DNA of 64,000 nt from Bacteroidales bacterium. Its GTDB lineage: Bacteria; Bacteroidota; Bacteroidia; Bacteroidales; WCHB1-69. Location: assembly GCA_017506175.1 (NCBI GenBank), contig JAFVNW010000043.1:19012-83011 (forward strand), in the 5' to 3' direction. Below, piece after piece: positions 44,517-53,614 of the stretch (its first letter is position 1; each line of letters begins with the position of its first letter). Under the pieces are notes generated by a model. The model did not search any database. It worked only from the letters and a program-made list of their open reading frames with translations, and was not told the origin of the DNA. Position numbers and translations under genes: made by a program.

Positions 44517-44807
44517 ATGACTTTATTATCCATTTTAATCATCATCGTCAGCATAGCCATGGGGTTCTTCGTTCTGATTCAAGAATCGAAAGGCGGCGGC
44601 CTGGCCTCCAATTTCGCATCCTCAAACCAGATTATGGGCGTGCATCGCACCACCGACCTCGTTGAAAAAATCACCTGGGGGTTAGCGATCGCCATTATGG
44701 TGCTCTGCCTCGTATGCGCTTTCCTTTCCAAACGCGAATATGATGCATCACACGAAAATCTCCAAGCCACCGAAGCTCAAGCTCCGGCTCAAGATGCTGA
44801 AGAATAA
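44517..44807 (+). CDS. secG: Preprotein translocase subunit SecG
   Basis: Two TM helices and the motif VLIQESKGGGLAS. Confidence 0.85.
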   Translation: MTLLSILIIIVSIAMGFFVLIQESKGGGLASNFASSNQIMGVHRTTDLVEKITWGLAIAIMVLCLVCAFLSKREYDASHENLQATEAQAPAQDAEE

Positions 44808-44840
44808 AGTCTGATTTGAAATGAACTGATACCATCCGGA

Positions 44841-44874
44841 AGAGAGAATGTTCGCATTCTCTCTTTTGTGTTTT
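44841..44874 (+). terminator. Rho-independent terminator after secG
   Basis: AGAGAGAATG-ttcg-CATTCTCTCT, a perfect 10-bp stem, followed by TTTGTGTTTT. Confidence 0.75.
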
Positions 44875-44877
44875 ACT

Positions 44878-45804
44878 ATGAACAGAAAGAATTTCGGCTA
44901 TTTCATCATTCTTTTCCTCGCCATCTGCTTTTGGGGCCTCTCGTATGTGTTCACCAAGGACCTCTTGGGCGTGGTCACTCCCATCGCGCTCATCTTTTTC
45001 CGGATGGTCATCTCCTCCGCCTTGCTTATCGTGGTCTGCTCGCTTTTTTTCCGCCAGCGCCTCCGCGATATCCCCCGGAAGGATTGGCTCTATCTGTTTT
45101 GTCTCAGCCTCTTCGAACCCTTCCTCTATTTTCTTTGCGAAACCTACAGCCTCAAGTTCACCGACCCCACGGTGGTTGCGGTTATCATTGCCACCATTCC
45201 TGTTTTCACCGTCTTTCTGTCGTTCTTTTATTTTAAAGAAAGGCTGAGCGGAATCAATTTCGCCGGCGTATTTATCTCTGTGATAGGCATTCTGGTGATG
45301 CTTCTGCCTAAATTCTCCGATGTCACTTTCAGTAAATGGGGGATTCTGTTGGCGTTTTGTGCCGTGATCGCTTCCGTTGGCTATAGCTTTTTCCTCAAAA
45401 AACTCGACGACCGTTACCATTCTGTTTTCATCGTGACCTGCCAAAATACGATTGGTGTCCTGTTGTTCCTACCCCTTTTTATCCTCTTTCATTCGCCTGC
45501 TGAAATACAAACCCAAATTGCGAATCTCTTAGATCCTCATATCTTATTGAATGTGACGATGTTGGCTGTCTTCTGTTCTGCACTTGCCTTTGTGTTTTAT
45601 GTTCTTGCCATGCAGAAACTGGGACTGGCCAAGGCCAACACTTTCACCAACCTGATTCCAGTAGTCACTGCTGTGTTCTCGTTTTCACTTGGTTATGAGC
45701 AACTTGCCACCAGCAAAATACTCGGCACGATTATCGTAATTGTCGGAATTTGCATGGTGCAGCATATCGCAAGACAAAAATCGGAGGAGGTTCCTGCCCA
45801 TTAA
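44878..45804 (+). CDS. DMT-superfamily (EamA-like) transporter
   Basis: About 10 TM helices in two EamA-like halves. Start moved to the ATG at 44878 because the track start lies inside the secG terminator hairpin. Confidence 0.75.
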   Translation: MNRKNFGYFIILFLAICFWGLSYVFTKDLLGVVTPIALIFFRMVISSALLIVVCSLFFRQRLRDIPRKDWLYLFCLSLFEPFLYFLCETYSLKFTDPTVVAVIIATIPVFTVFLSFFYFKERLSGINFAGVFISVIGILVMLLPKFSDVTFSKWGILLAFCAVIASVGYSFFLKKLDDRYHSVFIVTCQNTIGVLLFLPLFILFHSPAEIQTQIANLLDPHILLNVTMLAVFCSALAFVFYVLAMQKLGLAKANTFTNLIPVVTAVFSFSLGYEQLATSKILGTIIVIVGICMVQHIARQKSEEVPAH

Positions 45805-45833
45805 AAAACGACCAGAATCCAATACATATTTTT

Positions 45834-47000
45834 ATGATTACTAATAGGATATCTTCTGAAGAATTGGAAAAAAGAACCACCCCGCGCGAAGCAGACATCC
45901 GTGGGTGCTACTATCGTGACCAGACGGCCATCCTGCATTCCAAGCCCTTCCGCCGTTTGAAATACAAAACGCAGGTCTTTTTCAATCCTAATGACGACCA
46001 TATCTGCACGCGCATTGAACACGTTTTACACGTAGCCACCATCAGTGCGACCATTTGCCGCGGATTGAAGGCTAGAAAAGACGCTGAATGGGATTTGAAC
46101 GAGGATTTGGCATACGCCATTAGTTTGGGACACGACCTTGGCCACACCCCGTTCGGACATTCCGGCGAGGCGGCACTCTCCCGAAATCTCGGCGAAGGCA
46201 GAGAGTTCATGCACGAGGTCAATAGCTATCGTGTCGTGGAAAAGCTGGTTAATGGCGGTCAGGGGCTGAATTTGACCTACGCAGTAAAAGACGGCATCAT
46301 CTGCCACAACGGCGAGCGTTTCGAACAGTCCATCGCGCCCGATTTCACTGTGAAGGATTTGAACGCGATCCACTCCCGCTCTTTCCTCCCTTCCACCTAT
46401 GAAGGTGCGATTGTCCGCTTTTCCGATAAAATCGCTTATTTGGGCCGCGACATTGAAGATGCAATGGTGGCCGGTTTTATTCGCAAGTCGGATATCCCAT
46501 TGGAAATCAGACAGAAAATTGGTGATTCCAACAGCAATATCATCAGTTTCCTTGTGAATGACCTGGTGGCCAATTCTTCCGGGAATAGCATCGCTGTTTC
46601 GGATGAAGCGCATGAATTGATGTTAAAATTGCGCAAATTCAACTATCAGTACATTTACAACCATCCTCTTTTGGTGCAGATTCAGAACTCCTGTGAAAAG
46701 GTCATGTCCACGCTTTTTGATTATTTGTTCGATCTTTTTCTGAACCTCGATTTCGAAACCGGAAAGTACAAGGGAAAACGGACTTTGGTCTTGGACAATT
46801 ACTTCGTTGACTATCTGAAAAATATGCGTCCGTTTTATCTGAAAGAGCAGGAGGAGAATCGGTGGAGTTCGGAAGAGATGGGCAAGCAGATTGTCGCCGA
46901 TTATTTGTCGGGTATGACCGACCGCTATGCTTTGGAATGTATGCATGAGATTTCCATCCCACGTCCGCTTCATTTCCGCCACGGTAAAGGAACGTTCTAA
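45834..47000 (+). CDS. dGTPase-family HD-domain dNTP triphosphohydrolase-like protein
   Basis: Blocks RDQTAILHSKPFRRLKYKTQVF, RIEHVLHVA and GHDLGHTPFGHSGE. Start reset to MITNRISS at 45834. Confidence 0.8.
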   Translation: MITNRISSEELEKRTTPREADIRGCYYRDQTAILHSKPFRRLKYKTQVFFNPNDDHICTRIEHVLHVATISATICRGLKARKDAEWDLNEDLAYAISLGHDLGHTPFGHSGEAALSRNLGEGREFMHEVNSYRVVEKLVNGGQGLNLTYAVKDGIICHNGERFEQSIAPDFTVKDLNAIHSRSFLPSTYEGAIVRFSDKIAYLGRDIEDAMVAGFIRKSDIPLEIRQKIGDSNSNIISFLVNDLVANSSGNSIAVSDEAHELMLKLRKFNYQYIYNHPLLVQIQNSCEKVMSTLFDYLFDLFLNLDFETGKYKGKRTLVLDNYFVDYLKNMRPFYLKEQEENRWSSEEMGKQIVADYLSGMTDRYALECMHEISIPRPLHFRHGKGTF

Positions 47001-47018
47001 TCAGGTGGAGGTAGTGTA

Positions 47019-47951
47019 ATGGAAGCGAATGATCTGACGAAGAATGGAGCGAACAAGACACTTTTCGGCACGGTTTGTGGAATTGCTGCTGCGGTTTGTT
47101 ACGGAACTAATCCGTTTGGGGCACTCAATCTTTATGCGGAGGGGATGTCCACCAATTGCGTTCTCTTTTACCGTTTCGGCCTCGCTTGGCTGATCATGAG
47201 CGTCTATATGTTATTCCGGAAAGAAAGTCTGAAAGTGTCGTGGCGTGAATTTCGGGTTGTTTCTACTCTGGGCCTTCTTTTTATCTTCTCATCGCTTACG
47301 CTTTATCTCAGTTTTCATCTGATGCCAGCCGGTGTCGCCTCCACTATACTGTTTACCTATCCCATTATGACCGTGGCGATTATGTGGCTGGTATATCGCG
47401 AACGTGTCAGTTGGCTCACCCTGATTTCCATCGTTCTGGCTTCGGTCGGTGTGGTTTTGCTGTATTGGACTGGCAATGGGCAGACGCTGGACATTGGGGG
47501 CGTGGTGCTTGTGCTGATTTCGGCACTGACTTACGCCATTTACATTGTGGTGGTGGGCAAGGCGAAACTCACTTGTTCTTCGTTCAAGATAAACTGGTAT
47601 GTATTATTGTGGTGTGCAATAGGAATGTTGTTTTATACCGCAATCGGCAATCTGGTTGAGCCGCACTCGATGAGCCTTACATTGCCGCAAACGGGGCGGG
47701 CGTGGTTCTTTGTGGTCTGGCTGGCGTTGGTGCCCGGCATTGCCGCTTTGGTACTGATGGTTTATTCCAGCCAATATGTGGGGGCAACGGCCACGGCCAT
47801 TTTGGGCGCGCTGGAACCCCTGACTGCCGTTGTCATAGGTATATTCGTCTTCAATGAAACCTTTTCCGCCCGTTTGGCTGTCGGCATCGCCTTGATCTTC
47901 GCTGCCGTATTTTTCGTCGCCTTAAGCAAAAATAGGAATCAGGCAACGTAA
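47019..47951 (+). CDS. DMT-superfamily (EamA-like) transporter
   Basis: 10 predicted TM helices with a duplicated EamA-like architecture. Confidence 0.7.
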   Translation: MEANDLTKNGANKTLFGTVCGIAAAVCYGTNPFGALNLYAEGMSTNCVLFYRFGLAWLIMSVYMLFRKESLKVSWREFRVVSTLGLLFIFSSLTLYLSFHLMPAGVASTILFTYPIMTVAIMWLVYRERVSWLTLISIVLASVGVVLLYWTGNGQTLDIGGVVLVLISALTYAIYIVVVGKAKLTCSSFKINWYVLLWCAIGMLFYTAIGNLVEPHSMSLTLPQTGRAWFFVVWLALVPGIAALVLMVYSSQYVGATATAILGALEPLTAVVIGIFVFNETFSARLAVGIALIFAAVFFVALSKNRNQAT

Positions 47952-47968
47952 TGTCAAAGTTTTTTTAC

Positions 47969-47976
47969 TATCTTTG
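47969..47976 (+). promoter_or_regulatory. -7 promoter box (TATCTTTG) for the 81-aa ORF
   Basis: Lies 56 nt upstream of the ATG at 48032. Confidence 0.4.
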
Positions 47977-48031
47977 CGCATTGTAATTCGGGCATCCGTT
48001 CGTTTATTATTCACATTAAAACATCTTAGCT

Positions 48032-48277
48032 ATGATTAAGGGATTTGTTACAATTAAAAATGCCTATGGCGTTGATACTTTTTATGATGATGACGAGGTT
48101 ATCATCAATTTGCGTTCGGTAAGGGAGATTTTCAAGTCAAAATGTTCAGCCTACGACGAAGAGAAACCAGCCATTTGCTTTAAGATGGACAATGAAGACC
48201 GCAGATATTGGGTTTTTGACGACGAAGCCGCTCGCGATGCGAAATTCAAAAACCTGAAGGATGAGATGTCTGTGTAG
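48032..48277 (+). CDS. Small acidic hypothetical protein (81 aa)
   Basis: ORF with its own candidate -7 box. No motif recognised. Confidence 0.4.
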   Translation: MIKGFVTIKNAYGVDTFYDDDEVIINLRSVREIFKSKCSAYDEEKPAICFKMDNEDRRYWVFDDEAARDAKFKNLKDEMSV

Positions 48278-48281
48278 GCAT

Positions 48282-50750
48282 CTACTCCATTTTTTTCAGT
48301 TCGTCACGCATCAAGCTCTCTATATGTCTGCACAAAGCGCGTGAATCTTCAAATTGTTGAGGTTCAACGGGGCTGAGGAATTTTACGCGTATTTTCGTAA
48401 ATAATCTAGGGAGTCGTACTTGCTTGAACCACAAATTTTCGGAACCGTCGATGATGACTGGTGCAATGGGAACGTTGGCTTCACAGCTGAGGATGGCGAA
48501 TGACTCCTTGAATTTCTGTATCTCTTTTGTGTGCGAACGTGTACCTTCGGGGAAAATAATCACATTGTTCCCGTCTTTTAAAACTGCATTCATCTGTTGC
48601 AGCGCCTCTTTCACGTTTTTGTTGATGTTCATCAGGATGACGTTGTTTTTGCGCGCTACGAAGCGTGCGAATGCAGAGGTCCAGTATTTGTCTTTGGCGA
48701 AGAAATAGGTTTTCTTCGATACTTTTTGGTGCATGAACGCAGTGATTATCACGCCGTCCAATGCGGAGCGATGGTTCCCAACAATGATGCACGGTACGGT
48801 AGGAATATTCTCCTTTCCTTTGACGCGCAATCGGTAAAGACAATGGAATACAATCTGTCCCAAGGTGTGTAGAAACCAGTTTGTGACCCCTGCTTTCGGC
48901 AGGTGGATATGGATTCTTTCCGACAAAATCTCCTTCCAAGAGGTCTTCTGCACGTAGATTGACTGCGATTGGCTTTCAATGAATTCGCTGAGTTTGTTCA
49001 ATGTGTTTAACCTTTCCAAATCTTCCTCCTTGAGGGGAACCCAGAATGTGTTTTCTACAAAGGTGAGCAGACTGACGCGTCCCAATGAATCCATGGACAG
49101 GTCGATTTCGAAATGGTCGTCGCCGCCGGCGTGCATACCGGTCTCTTCTTCAATGAACTCCTTGAGTGTGAGATAGATGCGGCTTTTATCGGTAAGATTT
49201 TCCTCTTCCTGCGCTTTGGTGGTCTTTTCGAGCAGTTCGGGCAGCTTGAAGCGCTGAATCTTCCCTAATCTCGTTTTGGGCAGCTCTTCGCCAATCACGT
49301 GGTAGCGTTTTAGCCGTCGATAGGGGGCAACGCTGTTGTTGAAGACTATCACCGCGGCTTTCATCTCCTCTTCAAATGAGCCGGAGAGTTGCCGAACTTC
49401 TTGCATATCGGGGTAAATGATGGCGTTCAGTGCCCCGTTGTTCATGAAGATCCCCGCTTCTTTGATGAGAGGGGAGGTGTTCACCAACTCTTCCTCAATC
49501 TCCTCTGGGTTGATGTTCTTTCCGTTAGGTGTGACGATGATGTCCTTTAACCGTCCGGTGAGCTTGAGTCCGTGCTTGTCAAGGAAGCCCATGTCGCCGG
49601 TATGCAGCCATCCGTCGCGGATGATCTGTGCGGTTTCATCGGGACGGTGGTAATAGCCCTGCATGACATTGTCGCCCCGCACGCAGACCTCGCCGTTATC
49701 GGCTATTTTCACCTCAATGCCTGGAAGCGGATGACCTGTATAGCCGATTTTCCGCCCGCCAGGACGCGTGAAACTAATCATCGGCGCGGTCTCCGTCATC
49801 CCGTAGCCTTCCAGCACATAAAAGCCGAGGGCCTTGAAAATGGCGGCGGTTTCATCAGATAGCGCCGCTCCGCCGGAAACCAGAAATTCAATCGCTCCGC
49901 CAAAACGGTCGTGTACTTTCTTGAACACGAACTTCGACAGTCGGTCGCTGCCGAGAATTTTTATGATTTTATATAGATAACGTGTTATGAATGAACTGTT
50001 TATCTTTCCCATCACCCCTTTGGCTAGCATGTCGTACAAACGTGGTACACCGATGATGATGCTCACTTTTCCTGTGTTCAATGTCTGGATGATGGCTTCG
50101 GCATTGAGGCCTTCAGCAATGTGGACGGTGGCTCCAACGTACAGCGGGCAAATCAGCGAGCCCATCAGCGGAAAAGCGTGGTGCAGGGGAAGCAGAATCA
50201 TTACGCTGCTGCTCTCTTTGTAAATGGGTACGGAAATGGAAACCGCGTTGATGTTGTACATGATGTTCTTGTATGACAGCATCACGCCTTTGGGGGATCC
50301 GGTGGTTCCAGAAGTGTAGATGATTAAAACGGTTTCATCGGGTTCTCCTACGGGAATCTCATTGCAGGGGGCCGTGTGTACTTGTTCGACCGGTATGTCG
50401 GAAGGCGTGTAAATCTTCGGTGTATAAGACAACTCTGGAAGCATGCCAGTGACCAATTCCTTGCGCTCTTCTGAGGTGAAGATGATGTCGGGTTCGCTGT
50501 CGTTCACCATGTAAGTCAGCTCTTTGGCGGTGGATTGCACGTCAACGGGAATGACGATGGCCTGCTTGCGAATGGCTCCGTAAAAGGCGAACACCCATTC
50601 GGGTGAGTTTTCGGCGAAAATCAAAATCTTCTTCGGCTGCTTGTCGGAATCGAATTTTTCGCCATATAGATAGGAGTATTGTAAGACTTCTTTATAAGTG
50701 TATGCTTTCCCTTTGTAAGTGATAGCATTTTTGGAGCGTAGTTTTATCAT
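48282..50750 (-). CDS. Tri-domain acyl-activating enzyme: AMP-dependent ligase, then a carrier-protein-like domain, then a PlsC-type acyltransferase
   Basis: AMP-binding motifs IIYTSGTTGSPKGV, GYGMTE, TGD and RLKD. PP-binding-like site EIDLSMDSLGRVSL. Acyltransferase motif GNHRSALD plus FPEGTRS. Confidence 0.8.
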   Translation of the reverse strand: MIKLRSKNAITYKGKAYTYKEVLQYSYLYGEKFDSDKQPKKILIFAENSPEWVFAFYGAIRKQAIVIPVDVQSTAKELTYMVNDSEPDIIFTSEERKELVTGMLPELSYTPKIYTPSDIPVEQVHTAPCNEIPVGEPDETVLIIYTSGTTGSPKGVMLSYKNIMYNINAVSISVPIYKESSSVMILLPLHHAFPLMGSLICPLYVGATVHIAEGLNAEAIIQTLNTGKVSIIIGVPRLYDMLAKGVMGKINSSFITRYLYKIIKILGSDRLSKFVFKKVHDRFGGAIEFLVSGGAALSDETAAIFKALGFYVLEGYGMTETAPMISFTRPGGRKIGYTGHPLPGIEVKIADNGEVCVRGDNVMQGYYHRPDETAQIIRDGWLHTGDMGFLDKHGLKLTGRLKDIIVTPNGKNINPEEIEEELVNTSPLIKEAGIFMNNGALNAIIYPDMQEVRQLSGSFEEEMKAAVIVFNNSVAPYRRLKRYHVIGEELPKTRLGKIQRFKLPELLEKTTKAQEEENLTDKSRIYLTLKEFIEEETGMHAGGDDHFEIDLSMDSLGRVSLLTFVENTFWVPLKEEDLERLNTLNKLSEFIESQSQSIYVQKTSWKEILSERIHIHLPKAGVTNWFLHTLGQIVFHCLYRLRVKGKENIPTVPCIIVGNHRSALDGVIITAFMHQKVSKKTYFFAKDKYWTSAFARFVARKNNVILMNINKNVKEALQQMNAVLKDGNNVIIFPEGTRSHTKEIQKFKESFAILSCEANVPIAPVIIDGSENLWFKQVRLPRLFTKIRVKFLSPVEPQQFEDSRALCRHIESLMRDELKKME

Positions 50751-50829
50751 AATCCGTTCTCTTTATTCGCTGCAATAGTCTAGTTTAGAGTTGGTTATCT
50801 CTTTTTTCAAAGACCTGAATCAAACGATG

Positions 50830-50837
50830 CAAAGATA
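50830..50837 (-). promoter_or_regulatory. -7 promoter box (TATCTTTG) upstream of the tri-domain acyl enzyme gene
   Basis: The reverse complement of caaagata lies 80 nt upstream of the start at 50750, implying a long leader. Confidence 0.35.
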
Positions 50838-50853
50838 CTCCTTTTTCTTGACA

Positions 50854-51597
50854 TTAGCTTGTCCAAATCTGCCAGCTTGCTTCCGCCTGATAATGAAGCA
50901 TGGGAAGTCCGTTGCAGATTTTGGCATCCTTCGTTTCCCCCTTTTGCAGGAAAAGAGTCTTTTTCGGGTTGTAAACTAAATCGAAAAGGGCGTTTCTGGT
51001 TGTTAAATATTCGTATGGAATGTCGGGGGCTTCGTTTATTTGGGGATACATTCCAACGGGTGTTGCGTTGATTATCAAAGGGTTAGAGTTGATGATGTCC
51101 TTGGATAAATCGTTGTAATTCAATAGTTCGTCTTGGTGTTTTCTTGAAACAAACTGCGCCTTGACATTGTTTTTATCCAATACGAATTTTACGGCTTTGG
51201 CAGCACCGCCTGTGCCGAGGATGAGGGCCTTTTGGGGTAGCTGGGGCAGGAATTCCTTCAGACTTCTTTCAAAGCCCATAGCATCGCTATTATATCCTAT
51301 CAATCTGATCCCCTGTGTGTTGCGAACGATTTTAATAACGTTGGCGGCTCCTATTTCGGCTGCCGATTCGTCCAGCTCATCCAGATAGGGGAGTATTGCG
51401 GTCTTGAAGGGAATGGTGACATTAAATCCCGCCCAATTATTTTGAGAGAGAATGAGTCGGGGAAAATCTGTGATTCGTTCCAGCGGAAATGATCTGTATT
51501 CGGCGTCAACGATTTTTTCTGCCGTGAATTTTTGTTGAAAATAGGCAGGAGAAAAGCTGTGTTCCAGCGGAAACCCAATTAATCCGAACGTACGCAT
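50854..51597 (-). CDS. aroE: Shikimate dehydrogenase
   Basis: Blocks FGLIGFPLEHSFSPAYF, GFNVTIPFK and ILGTGGAAKAV. Start reset to MRTFGLIG at 51597 (TAATG overlap with the dedA-like stop). Confidence 0.85.
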   Translation of the reverse strand: MRTFGLIGFPLEHSFSPAYFQQKFTAEKIVDAEYRSFPLERITDFPRLILSQNNWAGFNVTIPFKTAILPYLDELDESAAEIGAANVIKIVRNTQGIRLIGYNSDAMGFERSLKEFLPQLPQKALILGTGGAAKAVKFVLDKNNVKAQFVSRKHQDELLNYNDLSKDIINSNPLIINATPVGMYPQINEAPDIPYEYLTTRNALFDLVYNPKKTLFLQKGETKDAKICNGLPMLHYQAEASWQIWTS

Positions 51598-52403
51598 TAC
51601 GCTTTCTCTTCGTTTTGCGCCCTTCTCTTTTTCTTTAGTATACTGCTGATTATCAGGTAGATAATAAACAATGCGCCCAAGCCGAGGAGAATCCATGATA
51701 GTTCTGTACTGTATTTTGAAATCAGATCCTGTTGGCCGTGAGCGACGTAGCCGAGGGCGGCGAGGATGATATTCCATGCCAGCGCACCGAGCGTGGTGTA
51801 GCCGACGAAGGGCAGAAGTCGCATTTTAGCCAGACCGGCGGGGATGGAGATGAGCTGTCGGATGACGGGAACGAGTCGTCCGATGAGCGTGGAGGCATTC
51901 CCATGATCAATGAAGTACTTTTCGGCTCTTTCCACTTTGCTACGGTCAATCATGCAAAGGTGTGCGAACTTGGTGTCGGCAAACCAATAGACGAACGGGC
52001 GGCCTAAGAAATAGGAGATGAAATAGTTGATGAGGGCTCCGAGTATCGCGCCAATCGTTGCAAATAGAACGACGAGAGCAATATTCAGGAAATTGGAGTC
52101 TGTTTCGTGTAGCGGCGATTCGGGGTTGCAGGCTGCGTAAGCGGCTGGTGGTACCACAATCTCGGATGGAAAGGGGATGAACGAGCTCTCAAGCCCCATC
52201 AGCAGGGTAACGCTCCAATAACTCAGGTGGTTAGTGTACCAGCTGCCTACTTTCGCAACAAAACCGGTCTCCTCTTCGGAGGCCGGTTTTGCGATGGTTA
52301 TGGTAGTGTCGTGTGAAATTCTGTTAGAGGATGTGTCGTCCGTCTGTGCTTGTATATTGCTGAACAACAATATAATAGCAATTATAGCGCAGAATCTTTT
52401 CAT
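51597..52403 (-). CDS. DedA/VTT (SNARE-associated) family membrane protein
   Basis: Blocks FIPFPSEIV, YF.GRP and GR.VPVIRQLISIPAG. Confidence 0.75.
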   Translation of the reverse strand: MKRFCAIIAIILLFSNIQAQTDDTSSNRISHDTTITIAKPASEEETGFVAKVGSWYTNHLSYWSVTLLMGLESSFIPFPSEIVVPPAAYAACNPESPLHETDSNFLNIALVVLFATIGAILGALINYFISYFLGRPFVYWFADTKFAHLCMIDRSKVERAEKYFIDHGNASTLIGRLVPVIRQLISIPAGLAKMRLLPFVGYTTLGALAWNIILAALGYVAHGQQDLISKYSTELSWILLGLGALFIIYLIISSILKKKRRAQNEEKA

Positions 52404-52406
52404 GAA

Positions 52407-53588
52407 TTAGTTTTGTGAGGGGGTTCCTTCAACGAATTCTTTGAGTTCTGCCGGAACGTCTTTGCCCAGTTGTAATTTCAATTGATACAGCATCATAGCA
52501 TTCTGCTTTTCGTCTTTTTTGATGTTGTATGCTTTCTCGCACCAGTCGTGAGCCGTGGCCATCAATTCTCTTTCTTGGGTCTTGTATTTACCTGACAAAT
52601 CGTAGTTATGCTCTTTTACAGCGGCGTCTGCCATTTTTCTGCAATCATCGGCATACATGAAGTAGGTGTAGCCCATCATATTGTTGAGTTCGTAGTTTTC
52701 GGGATGTTTAACCAAAGCATTGGAGAGCAAGGTGTCGGCTTTGTTGAATTCTTTTGCGTTTACCAGATAGGTAGCGCATGTGGCGACGAATTCGGGAATG
52801 GAATCGAATTCAGCGGCTTTCTTGATTGCTTTTTCAAATCTTGCGGTGTCTTTGATTTTGGAGGCATAGCCCAATTCCAGTGCGTAAATGTCGGTTATGT
52901 CGGTTTTCTTCACGTTCTTTTTGGCTGTGGAGAGGATTTTCCCGCATTGTTCCATGTCGTTGGCTTTGTCATAGTAGTCGTAAGCCAATTGGTAGAGAAG
53001 GCTGAGATTGGTTTTGGCGTTGACGGCTTCGTCCAGCACTTCTTTGTAGGCTTCTTTGTCGTTTTGTTTGATGATGGCCAGTTGGTAGTAGCAGCTACCT
53101 GCATATTCCTTGTAGGCGGGGTCAAGGTTGAAGCACTTGACGGCGGCGCGGAAGTACTTCTCCGCTTTCTCAACGTCCTTGGCCTTGTATGCGGCTACGC
53201 CCATGTTGTAGATGGGGCCGCCCATTGTAATTTGCCCGAAGGTGGGCTCAACCAGGCCACCGGGGGTTTTCTCCTTGATTTTCGGATCCAGCTCCAAAGC
53301 TTTGAAGAAGCTTTCATAAGCGATGAAAGCGGCTTCAGGGTCTTTTGAAATGTAGCTGGGGTTTTTCTCCAAACGGCTTTGGTCGCGATCGTAAATCTGC
53401 ATATAAACGTTGCCTCTATACAACCAAGCCATTGCGTTGTTTTGGTTGGATGGCATGCATTCTTCGATTTTCTTTTTGGCGCCGGGAATGTTGCCGTTTT
53501 GCAACAGCAACCATACGTCATTTACGTTTTGTGCAAAACTGCCCATAGCCATGGTGCAGAGGATTGCAAGTGCGACTAATCTTTTCAT
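52407..53588 (-). CDS. Secreted TPR-like protein
   Basis: Signal peptide with helical-repeat composition. The N-terminal region resembles the neighbouring 53615-54805 product. Confidence 0.55.
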   Translation of the reverse strand: MKRLVALAILCTMAMGSFAQNVNDVWLLLQNGNIPGAKKKIEECMPSNQNNAMAWLYRGNVYMQIYDRDQSRLEKNPSYISKDPEAAFIAYESFFKALELDPKIKEKTPGGLVEPTFGQITMGGPIYNMGVAAYKAKDVEKAEKYFRAAVKCFNLDPAYKEYAGSCYYQLAIIKQNDKEAYKEVLDEAVNAKTNLSLLYQLAYDYYDKANDMEQCGKILSTAKKNVKKTDITDIYALELGYASKIKDTARFEKAIKKAAEFDSIPEFVATCATYLVNAKEFNKADTLLSNALVKHPENYELNNMMGYTYFMYADDCRKMADAAVKEHNYDLSGKYKTQERELMATAHDWCEKAYNIKKDEKQNAMMLYQLKLQLGKDVPAELKEFVEGTPSQN

Positions 53589-53614
53589 GATTTTGAAATT
53601 TAAGATGTTTTGGG

